From positions 610,206 through 674,205 of the forward strand of contig NW_027192201.1 in NCBI RefSeq assembly GCF_041956535.1: a stretch of 64,000 bases of DNA, written 5' to 3'. Below are positions 48,482 through 60,756 of this stretch, in pieces. The position numbers and the translations under genes are program-made. Position 1 is the stretch's first letter, and every line of letters begins with the position of its first letter. The notes under the pieces were generated by a model, which was given only the letters and a program-made list of their open reading frames with translations, was not told the DNA's origin and did not search any database. This stretch comes from Calcarisporiella thermophila CBS 279.70 (Eukaryota; Fungi; Calcarisporiellomycota).

Positions 48482-49937
48482 TTACTCGTCCCGTCTCTTC
48501 ACCCATTCTTCCACGAAGCATATCTCCTCCTCGATCTCTCGCAGCGCACTCCGCTCCTCGTTCAATTCGCCAAGCCATCCAAACACATTCACTATGGTCG
48601 CAGCCGTCGCAAGCACCAAGAAAAGGGAGGCCAAGATGATCACGGCCAGCGAAGCCGGAGTTTGTGCGGCCAGCTGGTGGGTGAGGATGATGCACAGCAG
48701 CAGCAGCAAGTCCAGCAGAGCCCAGAAGAGGGTGAAGCGAGAGGAAAAGCGATAGTTTTCTTCGGCAAGCGAACGGCGAGAACCCAAGAGGATCCGAAGG
48801 TTGCGCAGAGTCTCCTGTGAGAGGCCGGTATTACGCGGATCCAGCTCGAAGGTTGAATTGTTTTTGGCAAGCGGGGGCAGAAGCACTCGAGCAGCGACTC
48901 CAAAGTGATCCGACATTTGTAGCCCTGCTTCGGTTGGGCTGACCAGCAACACCTCTGCGCTTTGGCACCTTATGCCCTCCCCCATGCCTTTGCACATGAT
49001 GTAGTCTATACGCTTGCCTACGTCGTCTTTGCAACTTGTAGACGTGAATGCATTCAGTGGGGAGTCGCACGTCACTCCTAGATGCTCGATGGCTTCGGCC
49101 GGCGCGATAGTTTCCAGACGGCCTGGGGATGGGTGGGCTGTGGCCCATGCGTCAGTAAGTCCGGCGTGCTGGGTGAGGATTTGGTACTCGAGAGAGTCAG
49201 GCGTGCTGTTGAGGTCGCCGAGGAGAAAGACGTGCGAGCCTTTGGAGCGACGAATCAAAGTGGCAAGCTCCCATGCCTGCGCTGCGCGATGAGCGCCATA
49301 TATCGTCTCGCATTTAATATAATTCGCGTGAAGCTGGAGGGATGGATTGGTTAGCATGGGTGAAAGGAAATAGCCATGGACATGCAGATGGATCTTACGT
49401 GAGTGTTGAACACCTCGATTATGCCGCATGCGGGATGCTGAATGCAAACGCTTCCCACGCATTTCCCCGAAAAATAGTCGCCATGCAAGACATTCAAAAA
49501 CTTGCCGTTGAGAGAGTACCTATGGAAAGAGGAGCTTATGATCCTATGCCGCGACAGCACCACCAGCCCACTTCCAAGAATCCCACTAAAAAAATTGCAA
49601 GCCGAGCCAGTTAGCCTTGGGAAGCCCAAGCCTCCCTTCCTTGATGAGGGCCCACCTGTAGAAGTACTTTGCAAAGGGAAACCGCTGCGCGGTTACGTGG
49701 CGGATGAGCTGGTAGTCCTCTTGCACCCACACCTCCTGCAGGCCGACAACGTCGTATTCGCTGGCGGCAAGGTAGTCGGCAATGGCCGCGATGCGCTGCT
49801 TGCGCTGCTTGGACACGTACTTCAGGCCCCTGCGGAAGCAAAGCGGTGTTAGCCGGGCGAATGGGCAGCACAGCAAGCATCGGGGCTCACCAGCAATTGA
49901 GCGAGAAGGCCGCGAACTGCGACGAGGTTGGCTCCAT
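48482..49937 (-). CDS. ISC1: Inositol phosphosphingolipid phospholipase C / neutral sphingomyelinase
   Basis: SLNCWGLKYVSK, VGLQEVW, GSGLVVLS, GDYFSGK, NTHLHA, LGDLNS, TCDSPLN, RIDYI, SDHFGV, two C-terminal TM helices. Confidence 0.93.
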
Positions 49938-50111
49938 GGCCGCTTTATTTTCTGGGCCGCTCGGTTAACGTAAGAGAGGCAACCTAAACCGGGCAGAAAT
50001 AAGGTGTCTGCAGCGGCACCCAATCACCGCGGCAAAGTTGCACGAGTCGCGAGCTGGTTTTGGTTTGACCGGGAGGTGGCCACTCCGGCCGCACGGCTTG
50101 TTCTCAAGCCA

Positions 50112-50216
50112 CCAGGAGCCTGCGCAGGAAACCGGGCTGCAGCGGCTCCCGGCACCAGCGGCGCGCAGAGGAAGCCGGCTCCAGAGGAGCCAGCGCAGGC
50201 CGGGGCTTGCGCGGCC
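50112..50216 (+). repeat. GC-rich imperfect direct repeat (about 36-bp units, 69 bp apart) in the ISC1/TPR divergent promoter
   Basis: CCAGGAGCCTGCGCAGGAAACCGGGCTGCAGCGGC at 50112 versus CCAGAGGAGCCAGCGCAGGCCGGGGCTTGCGCGGC at 50181. Confidence 0.5.
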
Positions 50217-50587
50217 AGCTGCGGGTTAAGGTTCGTCGGATGGAGGCTTTGAGTTTGCGAGACCAGCCTCATGATCTGCGCGACATTTGTTTGCAATCAG
50301 GGTGAACCGGAACATGGGCAGAGCGCTCCTGCTCGCTTTTGCAACTCCGACGCGGAGGACAAGGGCCAACCTTGTTTTTGTTCAGGGCGGATATATAAGC
50401 GCCGGTTTCTCGAGCGCTGTTCTCTTCGATACTCCACATCCGCGGATCTCCACGGCTGCTCGGCCCCTACTCGATCCCCTGATCTTGCGCTCTGATGCCT
50501 CCCCCATCGCGACCCACTGCATCTTCCGCTCACAATCCCCCGAGCGAGTCCCAACCTTCCGCCTCCCCATCCCCTGATCCCTCCACA

Positions 50588-53231
50588 ATGCCAACATCCG
50601 CCCAATCAAGAGCTCCATCGCGGATCGCTGGAGATGATGGGCGCAAACGCCCCGCGGCTTCAAAAGGTGAGCACACTCCCTCTCCCTGGCATATGCGATA
50701 GATGATGAAAGGAGATCGAAATTGTTGTGAAGGAGATGCCCAATGATTAACTTTGCTCATCATGTTTGTTTGATTTCTGTAAAGATGCGCAAGAGATTCC
50801 AACCCTCCAGATGCTTAGCGCGGGGCTGGAGGAGATGGCGAGTGCTGATGGTTCCAACCTACGAAGCAATACACGGTGTGTCACCTTGCAGCATTTTCCT
50901 TATATATATATCGGATTTGCTAAATAATATTGCTTTGCCCTTGTTTCCCCTCCCCCATTTCTAGCATCTCCAGCAAACACCATTCCAGAGCTATGGAGAA
51001 GGTCGTGAACCAAATAAACCATGCGGAGCAAGGCGCGGATATGAGGTACATTTACCTTCTTATGCGTACGCTTGGATGTGTGCTCACAGCACTTCTTACA
51101 CCCATAGCTTGGATAGGGTCACGGATATGTTGCGCGAGAGGCCCGAGGAAGCCCTGCTGATGCTCGACCAGTTGCTAGAGACTAGACCCAATTATACCAG
51201 TGCCTTGGAAATGCGCGGAATTTTGTAAATGGCTTTTCGCATCACACCTTGTTCAGACTAAATATTGCTAATACGAGCTCCACTCTCATTTCCCCAGAAA
51301 CCTCTTGCATGGCATCGAGCTACTGGACAAAGCGCTCCACGATTTTAATTATCTCAGTGAACTTGACCCGAAGGCCAGAATGGTTGGAGGTTTATTGAAT
51401 ACAGAGGTGACTATTTCCTTCATAAAATGGGAGCGCAAGAGGACCGGGAAAACGGCTTGAATATGCACCACCCTTGAGTTGCACAAGTGATCAATGACCT
51501 ATCGCCCCTTCTCTCCTCATATAGGATGTAAAGGAAACCCTACAACGATTTTTCAACAGTCTCCTCCCCCTGTCAAGCGATCCAAATTTCTTCTTTGCCT
51601 TTGCTGATTCGGATGTCGTCTCTATCACTTCAGAATACTCCATCGGTGAAGGCACTGATGATTCAGTGGCCCCCGCCCAATCGGGGGCTTCCCAGCCCTC
51701 CCCTGGGACGATAGAAAACTTGAAGGATGAAATCCTGTTCGATCGAACTGACTACGAGGAAGAATCCGTTCAGGGCGGGCACGAAGTGCCTAGCAGCAGG
51801 GCTGGAGCCCCATTGGAAGCTGCTTCCAAAGAAGAAGCAGAAGATTTGGAGATCCACGAATCCACAGATAATATGGCTATAGGGAAAGACTCAAAATGCG
51901 AGGGTGTAGAGAAGGAGGGTAGGTTTGATGAAGAAGCATCTTCGTCGCAGGCAAGGAGACATAGCGATGATCGCAGTGGCTTCAGCCCGGCAAAGAGAGG
52001 AGATGGGTCCTCGTCCGCTAAGCCGCCCTCTCGAGCTTCACAGTCTACTTCAAAATCGAGCTCCCCTCGGAAAAGAGAAGGAAGAGGTCACTGCGAGAGT
52101 GTTCTATATTCTTCTAGCTATAGGAAAAAATACCTGCAACGGGAAAAGGAAGACCCAAGTTCCGACCAAGATCATGGCAGCAAGAAGAGCGAATATGCTT
52201 GGCCATCTCGTCCTCATTCAGAGTCACTCGAGAGGAGTCGGAGCAGACACAGTAGCGACGGTCAACCTGCTCCGCCTCCTCCCGATGGTTCCAGGACAAT
52301 GGCAAAGCTGGAGAATAAGGAGGAGACGGGCGTGGAAGGGGACCGAAATGAGTCCGGGTCACCGCTAAAGAGAAAGCGAGAGGCTCAAGAAGAAAGGGAA
52401 AGAACTCGTGAGGATTCGCTCAAAACCGAGGAGAAGAAGGATTTGGGATGGGGAGAACAAAGTCGTAGGCGGTCCAGTGATGCACCTCAGCCTGAGCGTC
52501 ACCCGAAGGATAGCAGAAATAAATCGGGATCAATAGAACGAGACCAATCGCCCCTGCAGGAGGAGTCGCGCCACCAGAAGAGACATCGCTATAACTTCGG
52601 CCAGCGATACTCTTTCCATCGGCGTAGTGAGGCCCGGCCACACTATCCTGACTATCATCACGGCCGCAACTCAGCTGCCAGGAGCCATCATGGCGAAAAA
52701 CACGAGGAGGATGCCCATCGTCATCGCCACCCCTATCCTCACCCCTTTTCGTACCCCCGACGCTCTCCTCGTACCCCATTCCACCCCTACTCCGACAACG
52801 CTCGGATGCACTCCAATAGCGTCGGTGATGACTTCCGCTATCCGAATCGAGACACCTGGCGCTACTCTAGCAGCAGCCACGGCGGCCATAATAACCATTT
52901 CTACCCTGGTGCCCCCCGGAATCGAAACAGTGTAGGAGGCTCGCTGAGTGAGGATCCTCTTAGGGAAGGAAGCGGAGAGGCGAGGGCGCTTACCAATATG
53001 CTTGGAAGGTTTCTGGAGTGGACCAAAAACCAGTCGCGGGAAGAGGGTGCTCCCGACGATAGCGGACGATGGAACGAAGGCGGGCATGGGCGAAGGCGGA
53101 GCGGAGACGCTCCGAGCGACGAAGCCAGGTCGGGCCAGCACCAGCCTCCGACGGGATTTCGCCAGGCCTCCTATCGTCGAGACCGGGACCGGGATTGGAG
53201 ATTCAACAAGTATAGCAAAGAGCGTAGATGA
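50588..53231 (+). CDS. Hypothetical protein: short TPR-like module plus a long disordered Arg/Ser/Glu/His-rich tail
   Basis: Five short GT-AG-bounded exons join in frame to the 521-aa ORF; PEEALLMLDQLLETRPNYTSALEMRGIL...DKALHDFNYLSELDP fits a TPR consensus. Confidence 0.75.
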
Positions 53232-53595
53232 TGTCGAGTGGAAGGGGATTGGAGGTGGAGGGCTGACCTTTTGTTTTCTTGATCCTGTTGATACTGCTGT
53301 ATATTCCAATAGTTTGTTATCTTGACGGCTTAGTATTTTTTTTTTTTATAACTTTCGTAGGTTAATACTTTTGTTTTTGGTATTTTCTTATCTTTCTCAG
53401 CCCAACACTATTGGATGGAACATCATTGACAGACAGCCATGATGTAGATCAAAGCCTTTTTTTATAGTAACATTAAATTGCGTTTATTTTGTTATGACAT
53501 TAGACAAGTATAAGGAAATGATTAGGGGAGCTTAGACAAAAAAAAAAAGTGCAAAGAAAGAATGAAGTCAGCATTAGTTGGAAGTTTTTTTTTTT

Positions 53596-54989
53596 TCACG
53601 ATATCTGGACCACTGAATGCTCCAATGGCTGTTCGGGCACATCCGAGTCCTCGATGCCATTCTCCCCGTACACCGAACTGATTTGACTCGCCGGCGAATC
53701 ATGCGCCATCGGTCCCACGCCTAGCGGTGACGCATCGATACCACCGACGCCGCCGCCGGCTTTGCCCGCGTCTTGCTGCGACTGCCCGACGTTCACGAAC
53801 TGGGGCCAAGGGCCCGCCTCTGGATCGTAGATCGGCGTTGCCGAGGGCGAAGCATGGCTCGTGGAGACCCGCACGGGAATACAAAAATGGAGGGTCGCGG
53901 ATTTGCGGAGCAGATTGGGCCTGCTGAGGGGAAGCGTGAGCATCAGGTCGTGGGAGATTTTCAGGACTTTTCCCTCGGGGAGAGGCGTCGTGATGGATGG
54001 GAGGAACACGTTCACTGGCATTTCAAATTGGATTCGCAGCTCGCGCGTCTCATGTCGCCCGATGGACACCGCCATGGTCTCGGTGTGATGCTTGGATCGA
54101 TGCGACTCCTTCATCTCATTGGATTCAAGCTGTCCCATGGTCATGGAGCGAGCGAGGGGGCCTCCGGTAATGACGCTATGCTCGATCAGGGTCGCCTGAG
54201 CCTGGGTGATGCGGCTATCCGTATTGTTGGTAACTTTTAAGAAAATGGCCACGACATCACCTATAGGACGTGTCGGAATATCGTGGGAGGTTAGAAGGGA
54301 TGCGCGAGTCGTTGATGATTCGCAATTACACGCTTACCTGGCATGATGGACCCATCTTCAATGGTCGCCGTTGCCTCCAGGCCATGGCCTTGGCCGCCTG
54401 CATCCAACTGGAGCGATTTTGTTTCCTCCTTTGCGGCTGCTTTTGCCTTTTCAACCAGAGGCAAATACCTCACCGTCTTAATGGGAGTATGTCGCACGGC
54501 GCCTTCCGGCGTCACCAACACGGCTCGTAGCGAATATTTAATCGACAATCCACTGGAGACATGGTCATCGTTTAATGAGGGGGGGTAATTAACGGCAGGG
54601 AGCTTAATATCGAAAAACCACTGGTGTAGACCGGCCGGCAGTTGCTGCTGCCCTGTAGATGCCGGCGCGCTCCACACCACCGTCTCAGGGCTAAACAGGG
54701 TGGCCTTGTTGGCGTGAGCCTGAAACTCGACCTTGATGAGGCGCGCGGAGAGGGGTTCATTGAGTGACAAACGAACGTAGCCTAGAGAGAAAACACACAG
54801 TTAAGCGAGGCCGATATTGGAATCGTCTGAGGAGAATAAAACAAAAAGAAAACAAATCAGTCGCCGACCTTGTATGAGAGACTCGGGGCCGAACACAAGA
54901 TTTTCATCCAATCCACCGACGAGATGAAGGACAAAATGCTCGATTTCTCTTTCCGCTTTAATGAAGCGGAAGACATTAGATAATGCCAT
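53596..54989 (-). CDS. Arrestin-domain (alpha-arrestin-like) protein
   Basis: VFGPESLIQG|YVRLSL..PLSARLIKVEF, LPAGLHQWFFDIKLP..YPPSL, IKYSLRA, arrestin-C KVTNNT...LPSI...ISHDL; 2 introns. Confidence 0.82.
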
Positions 54990-55388
54990 AGGTGTCTAGC
55001 ACAGTGGGGAAGGGCGAAGCGCGGAGGAGACTAACGTATGAAAAGCACAAGAGAAAAATATGCCACTCTCTGGAGTAAAGGATGAAAAAGGACCAAATGT
55101 ATCACCAAATGCGAAAGGAAAGCCTTCAGAAGGAGGCAACTGCGAAACTCTAAAAGGTTCTCTGAAGAATGGCGAGCAAGCCACGACAGGATCTCCCATT
55201 CGACAGGCAAAACTTTCCAAATATCGTAAGGCATTTTTTGGGGGGGGTTTCCAAACGAGTCCCTCGGGCACAGATGGAACATGGCCCACCTCTTCCAACA
55301 AGTATGCTATTGCGTCTATCGCTGATCATACGCGCAGCTGCCAAAATATAAGGTTCGCTCATGTCGTGGATCCCTCTGCGCTAAGTAG

Positions 55389-55487
55389 TTATCTAAATGG
55401 CCAGGGGGATAAACAAAGCCGCTCCTTCCAACGAGTGGCTAGATAGAGCTTGGACCGGCTTTATTAGATAACGAGGGTCGCTTATCT
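55389..55487. promoter_or_regulatory. Cluster of five GATA sites, including an inverted pair
   Basis: TTATCT 55389, GATAA 55408, AGATAG 55441, AGATAA 55466 and TTATCT 55482. Confidence 0.45.
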
Positions 55488-55824
55488 TCGATCAAAACTT
55501 GCTTCGAGCGGTTCCGCGACGAAGTGTCGTGACTGATGGTAGACTCTATCCATTGGAGTCCATGCAAGGGCAAAAGATGGGAGGAGGCCAGGGCCAAGCA
55601 TCTCGGGATGGTGGGAGAGAGGGTGCATAGAGTGAGAGTTAACTATTAGAGAAAGAGGACGGATGCGAAATTAGTCTGATGAACCGATTGATCGAGTCTA
55701 TTTCAATCTCAGTTAATTACTACCCTCAAGTCTCTCTTTGCCCTTTGCACTTGAAGGTCTCAGTGTGCATGTGTTCTCCTACGTTCCTAGCTTTCGCTTG
55801 GATAGATCACACCGCGTTGTAGCC

Positions 55825-57312
55825 ATGCCTGTAAGATTAACCCTTTTGCTCTCTTTCATCCTTGCATGGTGTATCTTGGCCAACGCAGGTAATGTCTATT
55901 CTATGTACCGGCAAGAAGACAAAATCACACTTGGTGCTCTGAATCCTCATGGCCGTTCTTGAATGATTTAGAACCATTACTGGGAAATCCGGAGAGATCT
56001 CCTACTACTGGCACATTATGCTTTGAAAATAATCTCATGTGCATCGCTGCCACCATTGATGCAAAGTTACAAGAGGTCGAGATAACCATGATTGGAAGTC
56101 AAGACATTGGGTATTAATTACAACCATCATTCCAGCCTTCTATAATGGAATAATGATAGAATATTGTGATATAGGTGGATGGGCCTGGGAATTGGGCCCT
56201 GGATGACGCAGGCTGATCTTATGGTAATTGATATCGCGTGTACTTTGGTAACCTTGGATTCCTTATGATCTCTTCTCTCTAGATTGCCTGGGCACATCAT
56301 AACTATGGTAATATTACGCTCTCCGATCGCTATGCAGTCGAATATGTCGAGCCTAAACTCAGCGAAAACCAGACTCTTCGTCTTGTTCCAGAAATGAGCG
56401 GGATACGTGAACAGAAGCTCTACATCACTCTTCGCCGCCCTCTCCTACCCCGCTCGACCAGCAGAGAATATCGCGAGATACGGCCTGGTATCGAGGCCGA
56501 ATGGCTGTGGGCAGTGAGCGATCTGAAACCACGCCGCAACGATCCGGCCTCTCGTGCTTATAAGCACACTGCAAAGGGAAGATTTAGGATGACGATTACC
56601 TCGGATCGTGGAATCGAGGGCGCATCGGAACGGGGCACGCCCGTCAAGTCCAGGGAGCTCTTCCAATTAGGGGGGATCGTGTTTGCTCACGGCATCCTCA
56701 TGTCACTCATCTGGCTAGTCTTTATGCCCCTGTCGGTTTTCACCGCGAGGTATCTCAGGAACTATCTGGGGCCGTGGTGGTTTCCCGTACATTGGGGAGT
56801 GGCGGCCGGCGCAGGTATTTTTTTATCCTTCGTCGGGTTCGCTCTGGCCTATATCGGGAATCATGGGGGTCACTTCAACACTCCACACAAGTTCTCCGGC
56901 ATACTTTTTTTGTGCCTATGCCTCCTCCAAGGTATATCCGGGGTCATGATCGATCGCATGTATGATCCATATAGAACCAAGGTGAGGGGAATCTGCTTGA
57001 ACGAAGACTGTGCCGAACGTCGCGAGACGGAAATGCAAACAAGAACCTCACCCCCATCTGCGTATATAGGTTCCACCCCGTGATCATATTCACCGCTGGT
57101 TCGGAATTGCGATAAGTTTATTTGCAGTTGCACTCATTGCCCTGGGCTTGGTGGAGTTCGGAGGGGTACCTGGCTGGCTCTTTGGGCTGTTGGGTGGGTG
57201 GGCCGGCTTGGTGGTGGTGATATTTATTCTTGCCTGGGTGTATTCAAAATCGGCCAAGAGGCAGAGCGAGGAAGCGAAGGACCGAAGCTTTATTCCGCTG
57301 CAGGGAGCTTGA
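55825..57312 (+). CDS. Signal peptide + DOMON + cytochrome b561 membrane protein (CYBDOM, putative ferric reductase)
   Basis: Signal peptide; DOMON GWMGLGIGPWMTQADLMIAW...LSDRYA; b561 His ligands AHGILM, WFPVHW, PHKFSG, IHRWFG. Confidence 0.88.
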
Positions 57313-57749
57313 ACTGAACTAGGGTGCGACGCATACAGCATCCGCTCCCATTTAATTTTTGTCATAGAGTCTTTCCCCAAGAATATTTCCTGTACATATC
57401 TTCATTGTAATTTCTATCGCTAGTCAACTGAGTGGAATGGAAATAGGTGGCTGCGCCATCAAACCGTTTGAGATTTTATTCATTTTCCATCTTCTACTCC
57501 TGAGGTGAAAGGAGACGTAAAAATAAAAACGGCAAACAACAAAGCGGGCAGAGATGTTGCATGATAGTTCTATGATGTAAGGAAGAACCTTTGCTGGATA
57601 ACCCGTGATGAGGAGATGAGCGTTCATCGCTAATACTCAATCTCGTCTTTTTCTTTCTCTTGGCCTTGCGCTTATAGACCCTCGCTCTCTTACACCCACT
57701 GAAAATTGGCATAAATATACTCATTCCATACGTATATATATCATCAAAC

Positions 57750-60305
57750 ATGCATTCCCGCACCATCAAATCAGTTACTCCCACTTCATCTCGGCTCCAC
57801 CGTTCCCCTGCCGCCAACTATGTTTCCCCCTTCGAAGGTCGTCAGGCTGCCTCCACTCGCCACCGCCTCGACACTCCGCCCGCCACACCTGTTGTCAAAG
57901 ATAATATGCTGGCGCCATCAGCCGAGCCGAGAGTTGGCGATAGGGTAGCCGTGCCAAGCATGGGTCTGGTGGGAATCTTGAGATTCATAGGCGAAATAGA
58001 GATTAAGCCTGGAGTCTGGGCAGGGCTTGAGCTGGAGGGCGGCGGGGGGAAGAACAGCGGCTCTGTTAATGGGTAAGTTCGCATAGATTCCGATAAAATT
58101 CAAAATGCGCTCGACATAATCGCAAACACGGTTAATAGAGTCAAGTATTTCGATTGCGCCCCCAATTCTGGCATCTTCGTTCTTGCCAACAAGCTCACCA
58201 AAATTGAGGAGCCACGCGTCGCGCAAACGAAGACTCCAACTCCTCCCTCTGTTCCCACCACGGCCCCCTCTACACAGTTATCCAACTCCGCTGCTCCTTC
58301 GACTCGGAAAACCCCCACCACTAATAGAAGAGTGGCTCGACCTGCAGTGCCTGATAAATCCCCTGTGCCTGCCACTCCTGTTTCAAAGGTGGCAATGAAA
58401 CCTCCCGCTCAGCCGAAGACAACCCCGCGTACTGGAGGTGCAAATGTGTCGCGTGGGACTAAAGGCTACCCAGCCAACCCTTCCGCCGCCCCCACTGCTG
58501 CCACCATGGGTGGCAGAGCCGGGACTAGCACCACCCGCGAGCGAAGCGTGTCGAATAGCTCATCGACCTCCTCCACCCTAGGAGTTGGGGCTTATCGTCG
58601 AGGAGCTGTGACCCCTTCCGGTAGAAGCGCTAGCCAGGCAAGCCGAAGATCTGCCTCCACGACCCCCACCCCTGTGTCTCCACGGCACAGAGCAAATACC
58701 ATTACACGGCGGGTGGCAGCAGACGAAAAAGATATCCCGATTACCGGAAAAACACTGAACGGGGCGAGAGCAAGCCTGGTATCGGAAGAGGAAAACAGCG
58801 AGCACATCCTGAGGCTGATGGAAGTGGTGCAGAGTCGAGAGGAACGTATCCGAGGTCTTGAAGCAGAGCTTGCACAGATGAAGCTGCAGGTGGAGGAGAA
58901 ACAGGTCCAGATGGCCGATGAGCATAATGCTATCAACGAATACCATACCCACGAGGTTGAGGAGTTGAAATCGCAGATCAAAGAGTTGGAGAGATTGGGC
59001 CGCGAGGCGATCATGGACTACGAGAGGCGTGTTGAAGCGCTGGAGGAGGAACTTCGGGAACGCGACGACATACTGAGAAGCTTGGATGCCGGGGGGGCAG
59101 AGGGTATTGCGCCCAGAGCCGAGGAGCTGGAGGATTTGCAGAGTCTTTTGGAGGAGCGAAATGAGAGAATCGCTGCACTCGAAACCGAGATAGAGGATCT
59201 GCGCCGTGTTGGTGAGGATGCTCTCGAAGCCGTCGCCACAATGAAGCATGAGAAGGAGGCAGCAGAGGCTGTGCTAGCGAAAGAGCAGGAGGGACTGAGT
59301 GCGCTTCGGGTTGAGCTGGACCAAGTCGTGAGACAGCAGAATGCGAGGGACGAGAAGCACAAGGAGGGAGAGGCTGCGCGGGGTCGGCTGGAGAAGGAGA
59401 TGCTAGATCTGAAGAAGCAGTTGCGGGAGGTTGAGAGGGAGCGTGACGAGCTTGCGGCAAGAGTGGAGGCGGGCTCGCTTGTCTCCACTGAACCCATCAC
59501 CACTCCTCCCCACGACGCCATGGTGGACAAAGATGTAGAATACGAGGGCGAAATAAATAAACTGAAGCGTGCAGTGCAGGAGCTTGAGCGGCGTAACGCA
59601 CTGCTCACGGAGGAGAGAGATGACTTGCTCGCCAACCAAAAACGTATGGAGGGAGAGCTTCTGCAGTTGATGGATGAGGTGGAGCGCCTCCACACTGCGG
59701 AGTCCACGGCCGTATTCGAGTTACTGGGTGACGACAACCCAAGCGGTTCTGAGAGTGGCCCCATGGACGAGGTGGAAAAGCTAAAGGCGCTTGTGCGAGA
59801 GAAGCAGCGGGCCCTTGATCAACAGCGCAGAAACTATGGGAAGGACACCCGCGAGCTGAGAGACTCACTTGCAGAGCTGGAGCGAAAGAAGGAGAGAGAG
59901 GTGAAGGCCCTCCAGCTCGAGGTTGCCGAGCTGGAAGCCATGGTTGAAAGTAATGTGATGCGAGAGACGGATATGGAGGCGCGGCTGGAGCGGGAGAAGA
60001 AGGAGTCTCGCCGTCTGGCCGGGGAGCTGGAGAAGCTTAAACGCGAGAGTGCGAGTGTGAAATCGAGTGCGCGATCGAGCGCCTCTTTTACAGATACGAC
60101 CAGCATGGCCAATGCAGAAAAATTGGACGATGAGCCGGCGGCGAGGCGTCACTCTGTTTCGAACCGAAAAGCGGAGAAGCCCTCGGAGGTCAATGGGAAG
60201 CCTGGGGAGAGCGCGGAGGCCGAGCTGTATTGCGACATTTGCGAAGCGTATGGGCACGACATCCTCACGTGCAATGTGGTGTTTGACCCCGAAAACAAAA
60301 AATAA
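57750..60305 (+). CDS. CLIP-170/Tip1/Bik1-like microtubule plus-end protein: CAP-Gly, coiled coil, CCHC zinc knuckle
   Basis: VGDRV..GILRFIG..PGVWAGLEL..GKNSGSVNG|VKYFDC..GIF; long coiled coil; YCDICEAYGHDILTC. Confidence 0.9.
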
Positions 60306-60756
60306 ACCGACATCGCCCTTGGATCTTTTTTCAATCTTCCTATTCTAATTTTCCCTTACCATACTACACATAATGCTGCATTGGAGCGGGGGTTTGCAAG
60401 TAGAACGACGCATCTCTAATCCCTCTATTGATCCTCTCGGCTTGTCCCATCTGCATGGTAGCCCATATCCCAGTTAACTTATTCCTCTAAAATTGCTCAT
60501 TTTATTCTTTTATGCTATGCTTTTCCATCCCCCATTCTTTACGTTAGTTTCTGTCATTTTGTATCACCATTTCACCTCTTTCCTTCCTCTTCGTCTCTTT
60601 TTTTTTAACATATATAGCTATATTTGCTTCAGACACTCTAATAAAAATAATAATAACAGAATCCTTGTGTATAAGGGGCGAAAAAAAAAAAAGCAACAGG
60701 CTGTTATCCAAGGAAAATAAAAACCCCTCCCCACTCCCTCGACAATCGCCATCAGT

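Noticed and set aside
55060-55446. 128-aa ORF in the arrestin/CYBDOM intergenic region
   Set aside because: No motif, and it overlaps the expected arrestin leader and promoter; likely spurious.
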